From Negaprion brevirostris (Eukaryota), in the NCBI GenBank assembly GCA_030324005.1, contig JARDVH010000097.1, positions 53,626,075-53,690,074 on the forward strand: a DNA stretch of 64,000 nucleotides. The letters run 5' to 3'. Shown here piece by piece: positions 60,081 to 64,000 of this stretch. The position numbers and the translations under genes are program-made. The first letter of the stretch is position 1, and every line of letters begins with the position of its first letter. The notes under the pieces are model-generated. The model worked only from the letters and a program-made list of their open reading frames with translations. It ran no database searches and had not been told where the DNA came from.

Positions 60081-61899
60081 GATGAGCTGACACAGCTAAG
60101 TTACTGTTCTATCCTGCTCCAGAATAGTGTGGCTCTGTGCGAGTTTTTAATGGGAAAGAAACTGAAGACTCAACTTTCTACTCTTCCACACACCCTTATG
60201 TGGTGTCTGACAGCGGCAGATGTGTGCCATCAATACCATGGTATTTCTGTCTCTATTAAAAATTGATGTAGAGTTTTCAACTGGAATCACAGGCCTAAAT
60301 TTTCTGTTTTTATACTCAAATTTTCTAATCATCAAAATTAAAGGCTGCAATATTGAAAGCTGGCAAGCACAGAAGTGAAAAGCTCTGACCATATAGCCTG
60401 TCAATGTGCTTTCTGTCTATATTCAAGCTGCTTGCCCTAGATATTGTATGCAGAGGGCAATATCATAGTTTATAGGGAATAAGAGTTTTCCAGTGAAAGC
60501 TGCTTAATGTGGTAGCCATGAGTAAAACAAATCTCAACATAATCTGAATTGTAAAAATAATATGTACTTCTTTCTTCAAATTAAACAAAATCCCAAAAGA
60601 AAATACAAAGATCAACATCACTCATTTTTACCAAATTAGGAAAAGCAAAAGCTTGCATTAAGCAAACTATGTGCTTTACGTTTCATAATGGTTTATCTTG
60701 ATTCAAATCTTCAATGTCATTTCAACATGAACCACAACATTGGCAAGCATTTTCCATCTTCATTTTTAAATTTTCAAAAATGAAGATCATCAAAAGTCAA
60801 AGAAACATTAAAAGGGACTGTGACTTGAACTTTTATATCAAATTGCATGAAACGTTACTACTCAAATAGTTAATTCCAGGGTGATTTAATGAAATATGTA
60901 TTACAGGTATCAGATGTGCAGATAATGATCAATTGCAAAACCCAATGTCAGATCTGCAGTCTGCCTCATGGCAGATTGGAAAGCCAGATCTCAGAATTGG
61001 TATTGAAACATGCATTATACAGAGCACCCAGAGGTATGCATCATTAACTCCCACATTTAAGATGTTGAAGAGAAGCCTGGGCAAGAAGCATTTTTAAGTA
61101 CTTCAATTAATTGCTGCAATGTAAAGAAATATCTGTTTGATAATGTCTCACAAAGAATTCAAATCTGGGGAATGGATGCCAAAAGCATTGCTTTCAAATA
61201 CAAGGCAGCATTACCCAAACTTTCATTTCTACACATTAATATCAGTAATTTTTGGACTTGTAAGCCAATTACTTTGTGAAATTGATAGCAGCTTTCCTGA
61301 ATTATTGACATTTCACTTGCTGCAGCCATCAGAAATAGCTCATACCAAACCACATGAATTGAAGCTCTATGTGAATGTGTTTGGACATGGTCAATTGCAT
61401 TGAAACCCAAATCCTCAGTCGGGATTCTTATGAAGCTGCTTTCACTCCACCCATGTGGCTTCACTGGAAGTGTGGACGAAACCTTAAATAGGATTTTGCC
61501 ACACTTTCAGTGAAATTCCAGGGTTACTCCTGGCTGTGAATATAAAAATCTGATCAAGAACTTTCAATAAAAGTTCCCTTCAGATCTTAGACTTCCTTAT
61601 GCAGTGCACTGGCTTTCCAAAGAACAAGTGATTTTTGAATCGCTTTATTCTGTGAAAGTATTGACAGAAAGAAAGAGCAAGGCTGGCTGTGCCGAAGATC
61701 TTAGGATTTTGGAATTTTCCTTTCTAGCAGCCTTATTGCCTTTGGATCTGAAATGGCAAAGAAATATTGAAGCTGTTCCCAAAGCTTATTCAAAATGTTT
61801 GCCTCAGATTTAAAATTGTCACCTCATGTTTCAATTCTTTGAATTGAATTGATAGGGAGGGCCCAGGCTTTGCCCCTGGCCCTCCCTATCACTCTAATC

Positions 61900-62190
61900 T
61901 CCTGCAACAATCCCCTGAACTCCCTGTCTGCTTTCCCTTAACCTCTTATGCATCTCCCTCAGCTTATCATTGATAGCTGTTCCTTCAGCCACATTGGCCT
62001 CATGCTCTTGAATTACTCTAAACCCCATCACCTCAACACTTCTCTGTCCCCCTTAAAAGCATCTTTTTAACCACAATTTTGGCCACTCTTTCTAATATCT
62101 CTTTGGCTTGGTCATCATTTTATTTTGTGTGAAACAGCCTGGAATGCTTTTCTGCACTAAAGACACAAAAGAAACATAAGTTTCCTTTAT
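61900..62190 (+). mobile_element. L2-type LINE 3' end, decayed
   Basis: gctgttccttcagccac...tggcctcatgctcttgaatt.. pattern typical of L2 tails. Confidence 0.45.
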
Positions 62191-62746
62191 CTTTAGCAAT
62201 CTGAAAAAAAAGGATACTTCAATTTTGATGAGTGGTCTGATGTGAAAAGACTTATCTGATTTCGCAGATCTAATTTTTCTTCTGCTCTTTAGTATGTAAA
62301 ATCAAAATACTGGTCTACTCTGACTAACGCCCATTATCAAGGTTGTTACGTTGATGCAGAATGAATGATAAACCAGACTGGAAGAAAATAGTAAGAAACA
62401 AAGCCTATTGAAAGTGGTATTGATCACATGCTTTTCTGTACCTTGTGCAACACTAACATGTTTTATTGAGACTATCACAATTAAAGAAAATAATCTAGAA
62501 TTATTACTATGAGTGGTGTTACTTCATTATTTAATCAAATAAATTAATGTAATTTTGTTTTGTTGTTAATTCTTATTGATCTATATCTTGCAATTCTTGG
62601 AAATGAATAATATTCTATTATCTTGACCAAAGATTGTTTAACAAGAATATGTATGCTATATTACTGTAAAAATACTGATGGTTGTATGTATGCCGAGTCA
62701 TTTTTAAACTTAAGACATTTTTAAGGTCTCAGACTAAACGGCTGTC

Positions 62747-63428
62747 GGGTGGAATTTTCTGATTTTTGGCTAAGTGTCAACATGGGCGGGAAAATAGGGG
62801 TGTAGCTCACCAGCTGCAATGTTGACTTTTTTTACCATATGTTTTGACACTTAGTCAAAAAAAAACAAGGGGCAGGTCCCACAACGTCACACTGGTGGGA
62901 CAGGCTCTGAATGAGGCAGCACCCCAATGTAAAAAATAATAAAAACAGGAAAAAACAAGGACCACTCAGAAACAGAACCTCCCCTCCAATCTGGACAGTG
63001 AACCTCCTCCTTGCCCCCCCACCATGGAATTCTCCCTGCCCATGGACACAGAACTCCCATGGAAATGGAAGCCCTGGCCAGGGGCTTTGCCCAGGCAGTG
63101 CCAAAGGTAATGTTTGGGTAGTGCCTTTACTCACCTGTGTGCCTCCAACAGTTCTGTTCCCAGGTACAATTCTTGCGGACCTTTTGTGATTCGCATCAGC
63201 ATGCCCTCATGCCAGCATGAATGGACAGTCCAACGCGGGGGAATAATTAGGCTTAAATGCCTGATCAGCAGTGTAAATTATACGTAAATGGGGATCCACA
63301 TTATGTCAATAGTGGGGGCAATCAAGTGGGGAAATCCCATTGGTGCAGAAGCTGTTTTGGGTCTTCTGGTTGATTCTCTGCCTCCTTCGTCACTCCTGAA
63401 ACCCCAAGACAGTGGCGGAAAATTGCCT
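62747..63428. mobile_element. Non-autonomous DNA transposon-like element
   Basis: Imperfect inverted termini gggtggaattttc ... ggaaaattgcc, similar in style to those at 52484 and 54184. Confidence 0.45.
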
Positions 63429-64000
63429 GCATAGTTTTCCTTATTAACAGTGGCACTCCTAAACACAGCCTGGTCTTTATAGAGGAGATAGCAGTGGACA
63501 TCCATTTTGACATTGTTCCCTAGCCTCAATTTACATCATGAAATGATTACAGCTTTATGTCATTTATGATTTTATTTGTTCTGCCTTTTGAAGTTTGGCC
63601 ACCATTGAGTTACAAACTCGCCATGGAGACGCTGGCAGAGCTGTAGTATAAGTTGTCCCTGATCTGTCAAGATCTATGAAGTGCTGTATGAGGTATTAAT
63701 TGTATGCTCTGTAGTAATCTAGGAAGTTGAATGAACCTTGCATTTTGCCCTGTGCTTCTGTCTACAGTTGCCACAGAGAGCGATCTGTGACTGAACCTTG
63801 CCTTGTTGCTGTTGCTCCGTTGAATAATACATGATTCATTTGTTTGATACATTTGTGTGCTACAAATTGGTTTATATTGCAGATATCCCCTGTGGTAGTT
63901 GAGCATGAATTGGAGAAATTAAAATTGAGGGTAGTCATGACCTTGGCATAAACAGCTTAGGTGGCTTGGCAGTTGTCTACCATTTTGTTTGCAACAGATA

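Overview
This is eukaryotic, AT-rich vertebrate DNA. It is very likely a shark or other elasmobranch, judged from HE1-type V-SINEs, CR1 LINEs and Penelope remnants, and it comes from a gapped assembly. One protein-coding gene is supported: PCF11 (cleavage and polyadenylation factor II subunit) on the minus strand. I assembled 16 coding exons by hand from 43226 (ATG) down to 2558 (TAG). All introns are GT-AG and phase-consistent, giving 5679 nt and about 1892 aa: an N-terminal CID, a coiled coil, an RS/charged region, an array of about 30 F(D/E)GP repeats, and two zinc fingers around the Clp1-binding segment. The promoter/CpG island lies at about 42.5-43.85 kb. No gene is recognisable at 44-64 kb, which is mostly decayed and nested transposons. 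The most notable observations are: (1) a TSD-flanked, poly(A)-tailed retroposon built from repeated U2 snRNA 5' fragments (SINEU/Keno-like) in intron 6; (2) signs that PCF11 intron-1 premature-polyadenylation autoregulation may be conserved here (very weak donor, candidate poison exon and poly(A) sites); (3) an 880-nt exon 7 lacking the short donor I recall from mammals; (4) CpG-type erosion of the repeat-array arginines; (5) a ~420-bp direct duplication bracketing exons 5-6; (6) two intronic hairpins. No prokaryote-type system (CRISPR, operon) is present. Comparisons to human PCF11, U2 and repeat consensi are from memory and need database confirmation.
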